Positions 17,329 to 26,671 of a DNA stretch of 64,000 nt are shown here, piece by piece. A program made the translations under genes and the position numbers. Source of the DNA: an uncultured Candidatus Saccharibacteria bacterium (GTDB lineage Bacteria; Patescibacteriota; Minisyncoccia; Phycocordibacterales; DSPV01); the NCBI GenBank assembly GCA_964574355.1, contig CAZNMD010000003.1, forward strand, positions 5,316 through 69,315, written 5' to 3'. Numbering within the stretch: position 1 is the first letter of the stretch; each line of letters starts with the position of its first letter. The notes beneath the pieces were generated by a model. That model worked only from the letters and a program-made list of their open reading frames with translations, was not told the origin of the DNA and did not search any database.

Positions 17329-19287
17329 ATGGATGGGAACCCTATTTGTTATTTTGCTGAAACAGATGCGCGTAATAAGCGTGTAAAGTTTGGCATAAAA
17401 GAAAGAGATCGTACACGCCATATGTACGTCATTGGAAAGACGGGTATGGGTAAATCAACCTTGCTTGAAAATATGGCAATTCAAGATATGCAGCGAGGTG
17501 ATGGTATTGCGTTTATTGATCCTCACGGAAAAACAGCAGACCTTCTTTTAGAGTATGTTCCTGAATCGCGCATTAAAGATGTTTTGTATTTTGCACCGTT
17601 TGATCTTGAGTACCCCATTTCTTTTAATGTGATGGAAGATGTCGGTATGGATAAGCGGCACTTGGTGGTTTCTGGTCTCATGAGTGCGTTTAAGAAAATT
17701 TGGCTCGATGCGTGGTCTGCCCGTATGGAGTACATATTGAGTAATATTCTTTTGGCACTTCTTGAATATCCTGGTTCAACAATTCTTGGAGTGAATCGTA
17801 TGCTTGCTGATAAGGATTATCGCAAGAAGGTTGTTGAAAACGTGAAGGATGTATCAGTTCGAGCATTTTGGCTTGATGAGTTTGCAAAGTATGGTGATCG
17901 ATATATGCAAGAGGCGGGAGCAGCAATTCAAAATAAAGTTGGTCAATTTGTAAGTAATCCGCTGATTCGTAATATTATCGGTCAGCCACAATCAACATTT
18001 GATTTACGAGCAATGATGGATCAGAGAAAGATTATCATTGTGAATCTTTCAAAAGGTCGGGTTGGTGAACAGAACGCAAATCTTTTGGGTAGTATGTTTG
18101 TGACCAAGTTGTATCTTGCGGCAATGTCTCGTGCTGATTTAAGTGATGCTGCACTTGCTCGTTCGCCAAATTTTAATTTGTATGTGGATGAGTTTCAATC
18201 GTTTGCTAATGAGTCCTTTGCAAACATTCTTTCTGAGGCTCGCAAATATCGTCTTTCTTTAACGATTGCCCATCAATACATTGAACAAATGTCGGAAGAA
18301 GTTCGAGCGGCGGTATTTGGAAACGTGGGGACGATGGTTGTGTTTCGTGTGGGTGCATATGATGCTGAAATTCTTGAGAAGGAATATGCTCCACGATTTA
18401 CTGCTGAAGATATTGTAAATCTTGGTTTCGCTCAGATTTATTTGAAACTCATGATTGATGGTGTTACTTCGCCGCCATTTTCTGCAACAACATTGCCGCC
18501 ACTTGAAAAGGCGCCGGTTTCTTTTCGCGATGATGTTATTGAATGGACAAGACGAACCTATGCAAGAAATCGTGCAGAGGTTGAAGTTGATATTCGTACC
18601 TGGAGTGAAAATGAGCGACCAGCTGAAGGATCGCATGACGCGAAGCGAAAACCTCAACCGTCCCGTGGAGTTTCTGATAGAGCGCCAGATGCCCGTGTAC
18701 GAACCGCAGAAGTTCGAAGACAGCCTATCCCTCCTCGTGAATATCGTTCGGTTCAAGTCCCTGAACTTTCTGGGAGCGCGGTTTCAAAAGCTACTCCTCC
18801 TGTTGTTGAGAGCCCGGTTGTGGCACCAAATGTGTCATTAACACCTTTACCAAAAATAGAAGGTGGGGAAGGAGGTTTTGTTTCTCTTAAAGATCTTAAG
18901 TCTGGGGCGGTAGTTTCTACATCCGTCTCTCCTCGTGCTCCTAAAATAATTTCAAGAGAAAAACCTGTTATATCTCAACAGCCCTCTGTTCGTGTTGATC
19001 AAGGTTCAAAAAAGGAAACGTTGGTTGGTGCTCAAGATCAAAAATCGGTTCTTCGAGACGCTCTTGCATCAGTATTGAAGAATAACGCTCCAATAGATCA
19101 TCAGCATCAACCATCAGGACATGTTCAAAAAAATCAATCTGTACATTCAACAACCTCGGGTCATCATCGGCCACATCCTCCCCAGGTTAGTTCTTCTGGA
19201 GAAGTGCATGAAACTAAGTCAAAGGCAGGAGAAGTTTCTGTTGATGAAGTAAGGCGTATTTTAGATATTCCTCGACCAAAAGAATGA
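17329..19287 (+). CDS. VirD4/TraD-like (T4CP/HerA-superfamily) P-loop ATPase with a long low-complexity C-terminus
   Basis: 'DRTRHMYVIGKTGMGKSTLL', 'IDPHG', 'LYVDEFQSF', 'LSEARKYRL.L..AHQY', 'AVFGNVGT'. TATAAT at 17313 favours the ATG at 17329 over 17305. Confidence 0.85.
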   Translation: MDGNPICYFAETDARNKRVKFGIKERDRTRHMYVIGKTGMGKSTLLENMAIQDMQRGDGIAFIDPHGKTADLLLEYVPESRIKDVLYFAPFDLEYPISFNVMEDVGMDKRHLVVSGLMSAFKKIWLDAWSARMEYILSNILLALLEYPGSTILGVNRMLADKDYRKKVVENVKDVSVRAFWLDEFAKYGDRYMQEAGAAIQNKVGQFVSNPLIRNIIGQPQSTFDLRAMMDQRKIIIVNLSKGRVGEQNANLLGSMFVTKLYLAAMSRADLSDAALARSPNFNLYVDEFQSFANESFANILSEARKYRLSLTIAHQYIEQMSEEVRAAVFGNVGTMVVFRVGAYDAEILEKEYAPRFTAEDIVNLGFAQIYLKLMIDGVTSPPFSATTLPPLEKAPVSFRDDVIEWTRRTYARNRAEVEVDIRTWSENERPAEGSHDAKRKPQPSRGVSDRAPDARVRTAEVRRQPIPPREYRSVQVPELSGSAVSKATPPVVESPVVAPNVSLTPLPKIEGGEGGFVSLKDLKSGAVVSTSVSPRAPKIISREKPVISQQPSVRVDQGSKKETLVGAQDQKSVLRDALASVLKNNAPIDHQHQPSGHVQKNQSVHSTTSGHHRPHPPQVSSSGEVHETKSKAGEVSVDEVRRILDIPRPKE

Positions 19288-20738
19288 TAAAAATTTTGTT
19301 TATAACTACATTCGTTATATATGCGTTTACGCAAAACGCATATGCCCAGGTAGTGATAAACGAGATTATGTATGATGTTGCGGGAGGTGACGATGGCCAC
19401 GAATGGATTGAGGTAAAAAATACAGGTACTACGGCTATCGATCTTTCCTTGTATCGCTTTTTTGAGGCGGGAGTACATCATAAACTTAGTGCTGTTTTAG
19501 GTACGACTCTTTCTTCTGGCGGGTATGCAGTTATTGCTGATGATGCAGTAAAATTTCAAATTGATTTTCCTTCTTTTTCCGGAGTTCTTTATGACAGTTC
19601 ATTTTCTCTTTCAAATGTGGGGGAAACACTTTCTATAAAGCTTGACGATAGTGTTATTGATTCTGTGAGTTATGTTCCGAGTGAGTTAGCTAATGGTACT
19701 GGTGCCACACTTCAGAAGGTTGGATCGTCTTTTGTTTCGCTTGCTGCTACTCCTGGAGCTTCATCTGATGCAGGGAATCCTGTTGTGAATGAACCACCTG
19801 GGACCGAAGATCCAAATACTCCAAGTAATCAATCTTCACAAAATTCATCGAGTGGAAGTGGAGGAACAGTAGCTGATCCTGATCCGACTCGAATTGTTCC
19901 AGATGCGGGGGCGGATCAAACTGTGATTGCGGGCGCGCCTGTCCTTATGTCTGGTAAAGCCAGTATTGGAGGAAAACCAGTTTCTGATACAGCACGCTTT
20001 TTGTGGAATTTCGGAGACGGCGCCACGTTTATTGGCCGTACCACAAATCATGTGTATCGATCGCCTGGACGATATGTGGTCTCGCTTTCTGTGTCTTCTG
20101 GTGAAACGAGTGCTACCGATATGCTTACCATCACTGTTGTTGAATCGCCAATATCGATTGCGTCAACGGTTCCTGGTCCGGAGGGGTATGTCTCCTTATT
20201 CAATGCCTCGAAAGGTGTTGTTGATATTTCAACATGGTATCTTCAGGTTAAAGAACAGATATTTGTTTTTCCTCCCGGTACGTTTATTGCTGGTTCATCG
20301 GTTGTGCGTTTTGATGCGGCTATAACCAGGCTTTCTTTCGCTTCACCTCAAGAAGTGTTTTTGCGTTTTCCAAATGGAAAAGAGGCTTCTGTTGGTATAC
20401 AGGATGTTGTTACCCCAAAAGCTGCTGTTTCTGTTCAGGCGACCCCAAAACCTCACGTTGATCAATCAAAAATGACAACAGCTCCTGAAAAGGGTCTTTC
20501 AAAGAGCCTTGTTGTGGAAGCTGTTCCAGAAACACGCAAAGAAGAGGATGTTACAGATAAACTTTTACAAGGGGCATTAGTGGAAGAAACGATTGATCAG
20601 GGTCAAACACAAAAGAGTGGGATGTTTTGGTGGTATGGTGCACTTGTACTGGTTTTGGCTCTTGGCACGGTCGGAGTGATTTTGATTGAGAAAAAGAAGC
20701 CAGTGGACGAGTTTGAGATAATTGAGGCAGACGAGTAG
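19284..20738 (+). CDS. Lamin-tail-domain / PKD-domain surface protein with signal peptide and C-terminal TM anchor
   Basis: Signal 'AYAQ'; 'VVINEIMYD...EWIEVKN'; PKD 'AGADQTV...WNFGDG...HVYRSPGRYVVSL'; C-terminal hydrophobic helix followed by KKK. Confidence 0.8.
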   Translation: MIKILFITTFVIYAFTQNAYAQVVINEIMYDVAGGDDGHEWIEVKNTGTTAIDLSLYRFFEAGVHHKLSAVLGTTLSSGGYAVIADDAVKFQIDFPSFSGVLYDSSFSLSNVGETLSIKLDDSVIDSVSYVPSELANGTGATLQKVGSSFVSLAATPGASSDAGNPVVNEPPGTEDPNTPSNQSSQNSSSGSGGTVADPDPTRIVPDAGADQTVIAGAPVLMSGKASIGGKPVSDTARFLWNFGDGATFIGRTTNHVYRSPGRYVVSLSVSSGETSATDMLTITVVESPISIASTVPGPEGYVSLFNASKGVVDISTWYLQVKEQIFVFPPGTFIAGSSVVRFDAAITRLSFASPQEVFLRFPNGKEASVGIQDVVTPKAAVSVQATPKPHVDQSKMTTAPEKGLSKSLVVEAVPETRKEEDVTDKLLQGALVEETIDQGQTQKSGMFWWYGALVLVLALGTVGVILIEKKKPVDEFEIIEADE

Positions 20739-20747
20739 TATAAGGGG

Positions 20748-21887
20748 ATGGTACCAAAACGCATTCTTATATTTTCATATGCATACGCACCTCTTGTTGG
20801 AGGGGCAGAAGTTGCAGTTCGTGAAATTACTGATCGTATTTCATCAAGCGAAATTGAATTCGATATGGTCACTGCGCGACCAAAAAATACAGTACCTGTT
20901 GAGAAAATAGGTAACGTCACCGTATATCGTGTTGGTGGTATTGGCGGGTTATGGAAATTTTTATTTCCGTATATTGCTTTTAGGAAAGCAAAAAAACTTC
21001 ATCAGAAGAAACCGTATCAAGGGGTGTGGTCTATTATGGCAGCCTATGCTGGTTTTGCTACAAGTTTTTTCAAAAAAAGATTCCCAGATGTTCCTTTTAT
21101 ATTAACGCTTCAAGAGGGGGATCCTCCAGAATACATTAGGCGAAAGGTTCGATTTGTTCGTCCGTTGTTTCGTACTATTTTTAAACGAGCTGACAAAATT
21201 CAGGCTATTTCTTCGTATCTTGGAATATTTGCAAAAGAAGAAGGTGCTAAAGTTGTACCTAGTGTGATTGGTAATGGTGTTGATGTTTCTTTATTTTCTA
21301 AAAAAATTACAGTGAGTGAGCGTCAGGCACTTCGTCGACCGTATGGTATTGATGATAACGATATTGTGCTTTTTACGGCATCTCGGCTAGTTACCAAAAA
21401 TGCGGTTGATGTGATTATGAGATCTCTCGTTTTACTTTCGCCTACCGTGAAGCTTGTTATCGCTGGTGATGGTCCCGAACGTCTGCGGCTTGAATCTTTG
21501 GCAAAAGAGCAGGGAGTTGCTAATCGAGTTTGTTTTTTGGGAACAGTTTCTTATGCCGAGTTGCCTCGATGGTATCAGGCAGCTGATATCGTTACTCGTC
21601 CGAGCCGATCTGAAGGATTTGGAAATGTTTTTGCAGAAGCGATGGCGGCAGGTGTTCCAGTGATTGCCACGTCAGTTGGAGGAATTCCCGATATTGTTAT
21701 AGATGGAAATACAGGCCTTGTTTGTCAGGTTGATGATCCAAAAGATTTGGCTCACAAGATTGAGACGCTCATCGCGGATCAATCCTTAAGACAACGTCTC
21801 GTTCAAAACGGTCTTATCCTTGTTGGAGAAAAATATGATTGGGAGGTCATTGCCCAAAGGATGAAAAAAGAAGTCTTCGGGGTGTAG
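20748..21887 (+). CDS. Glycosyltransferase family 4
   Basis: 'GGAE', 'ASRLVTKN', 'EGFGNVFAEAMAAGVPVI'. Confidence 0.9.
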   Translation: MVPKRILIFSYAYAPLVGGAEVAVREITDRISSSEIEFDMVTARPKNTVPVEKIGNVTVYRVGGIGGLWKFLFPYIAFRKAKKLHQKKPYQGVWSIMAAYAGFATSFFKKRFPDVPFILTLQEGDPPEYIRRKVRFVRPLFRTIFKRADKIQAISSYLGIFAKEEGAKVVPSVIGNGVDVSLFSKKITVSERQALRRPYGIDDNDIVLFTASRLVTKNAVDVIMRSLVLLSPTVKLVIAGDGPERLRLESLAKEQGVANRVCFLGTVSYAELPRWYQAADIVTRPSRSEGFGNVFAEAMAAGVPVIATSVGGIPDIVIDGNTGLVCQVDDPKDLAHKIETLIADQSLRQRLVQNGLILVGEKYDWEVIAQRMKKEVFGV

Positions 21888-21906
21888 TAGTGGTGACAAT
21901 GAGTTA

Positions 21907-21935
21907 TTGACATAGCATTTTTTACATGCTATTAT
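21907..21935 (+). promoter_or_regulatory. Promoter of solitary gene 22026
   Basis: TTGACA-17 nt-TATTAT with TG extension; overlapping inverted repeat ATAGCAT/ATGCTAT. Confidence 0.65.
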
Positions 21936-22025
21936 TCAAACCAGATAGTTTTCGTTTTGCTGTTTGAAACCTCAACAAAGTCACGTCCTAAAAGGTTGTG
22001 GCGCAATGAAGAAAGGTCGGTAATC

Positions 22026-22664
22026 ATGAGTGAGACAATGACAGAGGCTGAAATTCGGGCGATGTTGCAGACCGAGTTCGATCAGGTCTTTGTAAGGCCA
22101 CCGAGTAGTTTGCCGTTTTTCCCGCATGTGGTCGTGTTTTTGTCGGCGCCTCAGGATGTTACTCGCCCTACAGAAGACGACGCTCACGAAATGAGTGCCG
22201 AGAATCTTGTCCGGGCCATGTACTCGGTGTTGCTGCTCGAATCCGAAGGTGGCAGTAACTCCACCATCCTTTTGAATGGTGAGACTGAGCAGTTGCCGGC
22301 AATGAAGCGTCTCGTTGAAGGTTTCGGTTGCAGACAGTACTTGCCTATCAATTCCGGCGATCGTGGTAAGAGCCACACGGGAACTCAGTTCGTTCAGTTG
22401 GCCAACTGGCTTCGAGAGCAACCTTTCAATTCCACGGTTGGAATTGTTTTGGTGACCAGTCAGTACCACGTGCCTCGGGTCCGCCGGTATGCTGCCAAGC
22501 ATATCTCTCGTGGGGATTACAAATGGCAGGTTGTCGGCGTGCCGAACGATGTCGGTCTCTATGATCGAGAGAAAAAGGTTGCCGGCGAAATCGACCGGAT
22601 CATCAAGTACTCGAAGGATGGAACTTTCGACCTCTTCCCGGACCTCGGTGAAGGGAATTCGTAA
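22026..22664 (+). CDS. YdcF/ElyC/SanA (DUF218)-like protein (solitary gene)
   Basis: 'IVLVTSQYHVPRVRR' motif; ATG at 22026 after GAAAGG. Confidence 0.7.
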   Translation: MSETMTEAEIRAMLQTEFDQVFVRPPSSLPFFPHVVVFLSAPQDVTRPTEDDAHEMSAENLVRAMYSVLLLESEGGSNSTILLNGETEQLPAMKRLVEGFGCRQYLPINSGDRGKSHTGTQFVQLANWLREQPFNSTVGIVLVTSQYHVPRVRRYAAKHISRGDYKWQVVGVPNDVGLYDREKKVAGEIDRIIKYSKDGTFDLFPDLGEGNS

Positions 22665-22686
22665 CGTGTCCTTCAATTAGAAATCG

Positions 22687-22734
22687 AACAGCTCGCGTGT
22701 ATGCCAAATGTGGTGTACCGCGAGCTGTTTTTTT
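22687..22734. terminator. Terminator between convergent genes
   Basis: AACAGCTCGCG / CGCGAGCTGTT stem plus T-run. Confidence 0.7.
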
Positions 22735-23782
22735 ATTTTTTTAAATATCGAAGTGTGCGGGCGATTGTATCGCGTATGCCACTTACTATTATTTTGAACC
22801 GATACAGCTCATTCGCTCCGTCTATAGTATAGCGAGGTAAACAAAAAAGATTTTTCGTATGCTCTGCTGTTCCGGGGATGGTTGTTAACGCAGCCTCATA
22901 TGTATTTTCTTTGAGAATGCGATAGGTGGTTGGGGTGAAATCATTACTTCCGCCGTTTGGATAGGCAAAAATACGTAAAGGGTTTTTTGTGTTTCGTTTT
23001 ACCGTTGCTGTTGAGTTTTGTATTTCCTTTCTAGCTTCTTCTTCTGATAGGTTTGATAGCACAGGATGAGAAACTGTGTGCGCCGCAAAAGTCATGCCGT
23101 TTGTCTCCATTTCTTGTATGTCTGGCCAGCTCATCGGTTCGTAGCCACTTCCTATAAGATTATCTGCCAGATTTTTTCCTGTTTTTCTAATCAGTTCATC
23201 AATAATCATGTCGACTTGTTGTGGAGGTAGCCTTTTAATTTTTGAACGTATTGTTTTATCTGCCTCTAGACGATTTTTTATTGTGTCGAGGGTAAAATGT
23301 TCTTTTCCTCCTTTTTGTTCCAAGGTGATATTTTTTTGTTCGGTTGTATTGATGGCATACTCGATTTGATCAACAGGAAGGGGAATATTCTTTTCAATAA
23401 AGTTAGTTGTTATAAAAAAAGTCGCAGGAACATTTTCTTTTTTAAGAATGGGGTAAGCTTCAGTAAAGTTGTTTTTATATCCGTCATCAAAGGTAATTGC
23501 GACCAAAGATCGAGAGAAAGGTTTTTTTGTGGCAACTGTTTCTACGAGTTCAGTAAGAGAAACAACGTCAAAGTTTTTTTTGAGATATATGAGGTGTTGC
23601 TCAAAAGCGCTTGGTGAAATGAATTTTTTTCTATAGTTAAAAATGCCACTTCCTTTTTGTGAGCTGACCCCGTGATATAAAAGAATAATCGCTTGTGGTT
23701 TTTTGAGTGATAGAATAAGGCGTGGGAGCCCTATAAAATCAATTATTCTCATGGCGATTGATATAAGTAATTTTGTGGACAT
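22733..23782 (-). CDS. Polysaccharide deacetylase (NodB/CE4)
   Basis: 'ILLYHGV', 'AITFDDGY', 'AAHTVSHPVL', 'FAYPNG', 'LPRY'. Confidence 0.9.
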   Translation of the reverse strand: MSTKLLISIAMRIIDFIGLPRLILSLKKPQAIILLYHGVSSQKGSGIFNYRKKFISPSAFEQHLIYLKKNFDVVSLTELVETVATKKPFSRSLVAITFDDGYKNNFTEAYPILKKENVPATFFITTNFIEKNIPLPVDQIEYAINTTEQKNITLEQKGGKEHFTLDTIKNRLEADKTIRSKIKRLPPQQVDMIIDELIRKTGKNLADNLIGSGYEPMSWPDIQEMETNGMTFAAHTVSHPVLSNLSEEEARKEIQNSTATVKRNTKNPLRIFAYPNGGSNDFTPTTYRILKENTYEAALTTIPGTAEHTKNLFCLPRYTIDGANELYRFKIIVSGIRDTIARTLRYLKK

Positions 23783-23873
23783 GAGTTAGTGGGTGAGTCC
23801 TTCTCTCTCGGTGGGTTCTATTATAGGATGAGAATTCTTAAAAAAGAATTGTTTGATGGTTCGTGGTTAACGT

Positions 23874-25610
23874 ATGCAACAGAATATACAAAAACGTGCA
23901 CCGGTGTTGGTTCTGGGAGATAGTATGCGAAGTACGCTCGCGGTTGTTCGATCGTTGGGGCGACGGGGTATTTCTGTGCATCTTGGTGTGTCTTACGTAA
24001 CCCTTTCTGTTACACGTTCCAAGTATGTGAGGCGTGTCATTGTATTACCCTCGGAGAAACACCACCGTTCTGCCTGGCTTCAGACGCTCCTTAAGATTGT
24101 CGAGGAGACGTCATACTCGCTCTTGATTCCGACGACTGAAGGGGTTGCGCTTCCGGTGATTGAAGACCAAAAAGTCATTGAGCCTTTTGTTCGCCTTGCC
24201 GTCCCTTCCTTTTCTTTGTTTGAAGAGACGTTTGATAAAAGAAAAACGGTCGAACTTGCAAAGGCTTCTAATGTCCCTTTTCCAAAAACAGCAATCATAG
24301 AAACAGAACAGATGTTGGAAGAAATTCTAGGAAAGGCAACATTTCCCCTTGTTATTAAACCAGCATTTTCAAAGAAAACGACCAAAGAAAACCAGGTTGG
24401 GCTGAGTGTGAGCGTTGCGAAAACGAAAGAGGAGGCTCGTGAACTGGCTTTGGTTCGATTACGTCAGGTGCCGGTTCTTTTTCAGGAGTATGTTGCAGGG
24501 GTTGGTGTTGGGCAAGAATTTTTGTGTGACAATGGAAAAATTCTTCTTTCATTTCAACATGAGCGAGTCCGAGAACAGTCAGGAAGTGGGGGAAGTACAT
24601 ATCGGGTGAGTGCTTCACTTCATCCAGGCATGCTAGAAGCGTCAAAGAAAATGCTTGAAAAGATTAACTGGACGGGGGTTGTTATGGTTGAGTATCGTTG
24701 GAATAAAGATACTGATTCTTTTTTTCTTATAGAGATTAATGGGAGGTTGTGGGGTTCGTTGCCGCTTCCAGTCGCTCTTTCGGTTGATTTTCCGTATGCC
24801 ATGTATTCTTTTTTTGTCGAAGGGAAAAAAGATTTTTCGGGAACGTATAAAACAGGAGTGTATGGGCGTGATGTTTTTTCCGATGTTCGTCTTTTGTTAA
24901 GGTTGTCACGTTCTTTGGGAGTCATGTTTTTGATGAAGGAATTTTTTGTTGCTTTTAGTCGGATTATGATGGGGCGCGAACGGTGGGATATGGTTGCTTT
25001 TGACGATATGTATCCTGCACTTAAAGAGACTATGCGAGTTGCTAAAAAAGAGTTTGAACAATTGAGTCGTGCTGTAGGTGTTGTGGTACGAAACAAGGTA
25101 CGTCGTTTATCGGTTACCAAGCGATTAAAAACCGAGTGTATTAATTCTCTTGCTGAGGCAAAAAATATTTTGTTTGTGTGTTATGGGAACGTTAACCGTA
25201 GTGTTTTCGCTGAGCAGTATACCCGAAGTATTCTTTCCGAAAAACAAAAAGAATTTTTTACAGTACGGTCGGCAGGAACAATTTCAAAAGAGGGCAGAGA
25301 GGCCTCTTTTGAGGCACAAGAAATCGCGAAAAAATATGGTGTGTCGCTCGATACACACCGTTCTGTTTCGGTTTCCCCAAAGATTATTGATGAAGCTGAT
25401 CTTATTTTTTATGTTGATACGAAAACTCGTAATGAATTGTTGAGTCGTTTTTCTGGAGCGGCAAAAAAAATGTATCCATTAAGTTTTCTTGCCAGTGACG
25501 TGCCGGAAGAAATTGATGATCCTTATGGTAAGGATAGTGATTACTTTAGAAGGGTATTTGATTATATAAAGAAGAGCGTTGATGCTTTGTATGTACATAT
25601 GAAGCCGTGA
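23874..25610 (+). CDS. ATP-grasp carboxylate-amine ligase fused to a low-molecular-weight protein-tyrosine-phosphatase domain
   Basis: ATP-grasp 'FDKRKT', 'PLVIKP', 'FQEYV.G', 'LIEINGRLWGS'; C-terminal 'FVCYGNVNRS' (CX5R), 'SAGT', 'IDDPYG'. Confidence 0.8.
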   Translation: MQQNIQKRAPVLVLGDSMRSTLAVVRSLGRRGISVHLGVSYVTLSVTRSKYVRRVIVLPSEKHHRSAWLQTLLKIVEETSYSLLIPTTEGVALPVIEDQKVIEPFVRLAVPSFSLFEETFDKRKTVELAKASNVPFPKTAIIETEQMLEEILGKATFPLVIKPAFSKKTTKENQVGLSVSVAKTKEEARELALVRLRQVPVLFQEYVAGVGVGQEFLCDNGKILLSFQHERVREQSGSGGSTYRVSASLHPGMLEASKKMLEKINWTGVVMVEYRWNKDTDSFFLIEINGRLWGSLPLPVALSVDFPYAMYSFFVEGKKDFSGTYKTGVYGRDVFSDVRLLLRLSRSLGVMFLMKEFFVAFSRIMMGRERWDMVAFDDMYPALKETMRVAKKEFEQLSRAVGVVVRNKVRRLSVTKRLKTECINSLAEAKNILFVCYGNVNRSVFAEQYTRSILSEKQKEFFTVRSAGTISKEGREASFEAQEIAKKYGVSLDTHRSVSVSPKIIDEADLIFYVDTKTRNELLSRFSGAAKKMYPLSFLASDVPEEIDDPYGKDSDYFRRVFDYIKKSVDALYVHMKP

Positions 25611-25675
25611 TTTATTGAGGCGCAGTAAGAAGTTTTTTCTTTAATACATAACCTCTGATTTTTAGTATGATGGGT

Positions 25676-25711
25676 ATATGCGAATTTTGATTGCTACAGG
25701 GATTTATCCGC
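25676..25711 (+). repeat. 36-bp direct repeat, copy 1 (duplicated 5' end of GT gene 26816)
   Basis: ATATGCGAATTTTGATTGCTACAGGGATTTATCCGC is identical to 26814-26849. Confidence 0.95.
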
Positions 25712-25731
25712 TGGGTCATTTGGTTGCGTAA
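25678..25731 (+). pseudogene. Truncated glycosyltransferase start fragment (MRILIATGIYP-LGHLVA*)
   Basis: The first 11 codons are identical to gene 26816; it then diverges and stops. It keeps its own TATGAT -10 box 6 nt upstream. Confidence 0.75.
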
Positions 25732-25766
25732 ACTAATCAATACTTTCGTAACACTTCTTCCGGTGA

Positions 25767-25803
25767 TTGACATTTATATACATTTTATGCTATAATTAGC
25801 ATA
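25767..25803 (+). promoter_or_regulatory. Strong consensus promoter of the DGR-target-like gene
   Basis: TTGACA-18 nt-TATAAT with TG extension; inverted repeat TATGCTA-TAAT-TAGCATA spans the -10. Confidence 0.7.
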
Positions 25804-25902
25804 GATTTTGGATAGGTCTAAAGGTCGATTATTTTGCCAAAGGCGAGATAAGGAAACAGACAGAGGATATGTCCGAAACAAAGAAAGGATAGGTTCATTG
25901 AT

Positions 25903-26619
25903 ATGAACGCGTCTGAATTCGGTTGTGGTCACGCTCATCAAGTTGCGATTACAGCAGCGAAAGCTGGCTGGGAGATCGCTGATTTCACAGCTCTTCAACA
26001 AAGTGAAGAACTTTGTCGAGTTGTCCTTGGAGTCATTCGAAACGGTGGTTTACCGACTGGACTCGGTTCTACTGAGGAGCAACTCGTTTCATGGAGAAAC
26101 TTCTACACGAAGTATTTCGGCATCGAATGTGGAGACATTAAAATCCCAACTCGCACTATCGGTTTCGACCGACTCATTGTTGTTCCGCAAGGGATCACAA
26201 TGAACCGGATCGTTGAGGTGGCGCGAAAGCAGATTGAGATTTCTCTCTATGTCGAAGATCTTGATGCAAACGTTCCGACCAACGACCGGGATCCGAAGAG
26301 TGGTGGCTATGCCATTTGGGTTCGCGAACGACAAGAAGCCGATGAGGAACTCAAAAACCTCTCAGCGATCGCACTCGCAGAGAAAAGTGTAAAAGGAATC
26401 ACACTTCTCGAACGCCTCCTTTACGGTTTCAAGTATTTTCTCGAGACCGAAAAGTGTCTCGACGAGACGAACTGGACACTGTGTTCAGGTTCCCGCGGTT
26501 TGGATGGCGATGTGCCGCGCGTGCGTTGGAATCCCGATGCTCGTTGCGTGGGGGTCTATTGGTCGTATCTGCGGGGTGCGCGTGTGTTCCTCCGTTCCCG
26601 TGCAGTTGTTACCTTGTAA
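25903..26619 (+). CDS. Putative DGR target (variable) protein with a C-type-lectin-like C-terminus
   Basis: C-terminus 'GITLLERLL..KYF.ET.K.LD..NWTLCSGSR..DG.VP.V.W.......V.W.........LRSRAVV' resembles CPR DGR target proteins. The last ~120 nt are strongly adenine-depleted (8 A in 26491-26610). Confidence 0.7.
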   Translation: MNASEFGCGHAHQVAITAAKAGWEIADFTALQQSEELCRVVLGVIRNGGLPTGLGSTEEQLVSWRNFYTKYFGIECGDIKIPTRTIGFDRLIVVPQGITMNRIVEVARKQIEISLYVEDLDANVPTNDRDPKSGGYAIWVRERQEADEELKNLSAIALAEKSVKGITLLERLLYGFKYFLETEKCLDETNWTLCSGSRGLDGDVPRVRWNPDARCVGVYWSYLRGARVFLRSRAVVTL

Positions 26620-26638
26620 CTTCTGCCTTGTTCTCTTC

Positions 26639-26671
26639 AAACCCCTCGCGATCTGATCGCGAGGGGTTTTT
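26639..26671 (+). terminator. Perfect hairpin/cruciform 20 nt after the variable region (terminator and/or DGR homing hairpin)
   Basis: AAACCCCTCGCGATC-T-GATCGCGAGGGGTTT 15-bp inverted repeat ending in a T-run. Confidence 0.8.

Noticed and set aside
16888-17421. 177-aa minus-strand ORF
   Set aside because: It overlaps the ATPase start and crosses a plus-strand promoter and terminator; no supporting signals.
17329-19287. Conjugative element or ICE suggested by the VirD4-like ATPase
   Set aside because: No relaxase, VirB genes or integrase nearby. Composition is host-like, and such lone ATPases are common chromosomal genes in CPR.
21981-22676. 231-aa antisense ORF over the DUF218-like gene
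   Set aside because: Shadow ORF of a GC-richer gene; promoter, SD, terminator and protein motif all support the plus strand.
19285-25610. Alternative genetic code (TGA=Gly, as in Gracilibacteria/Absconditabacteria)
   Set aside because: Conserved genes are full-length in code 11 and TGA ends genes cleanly (e.g. 19287, 25610).
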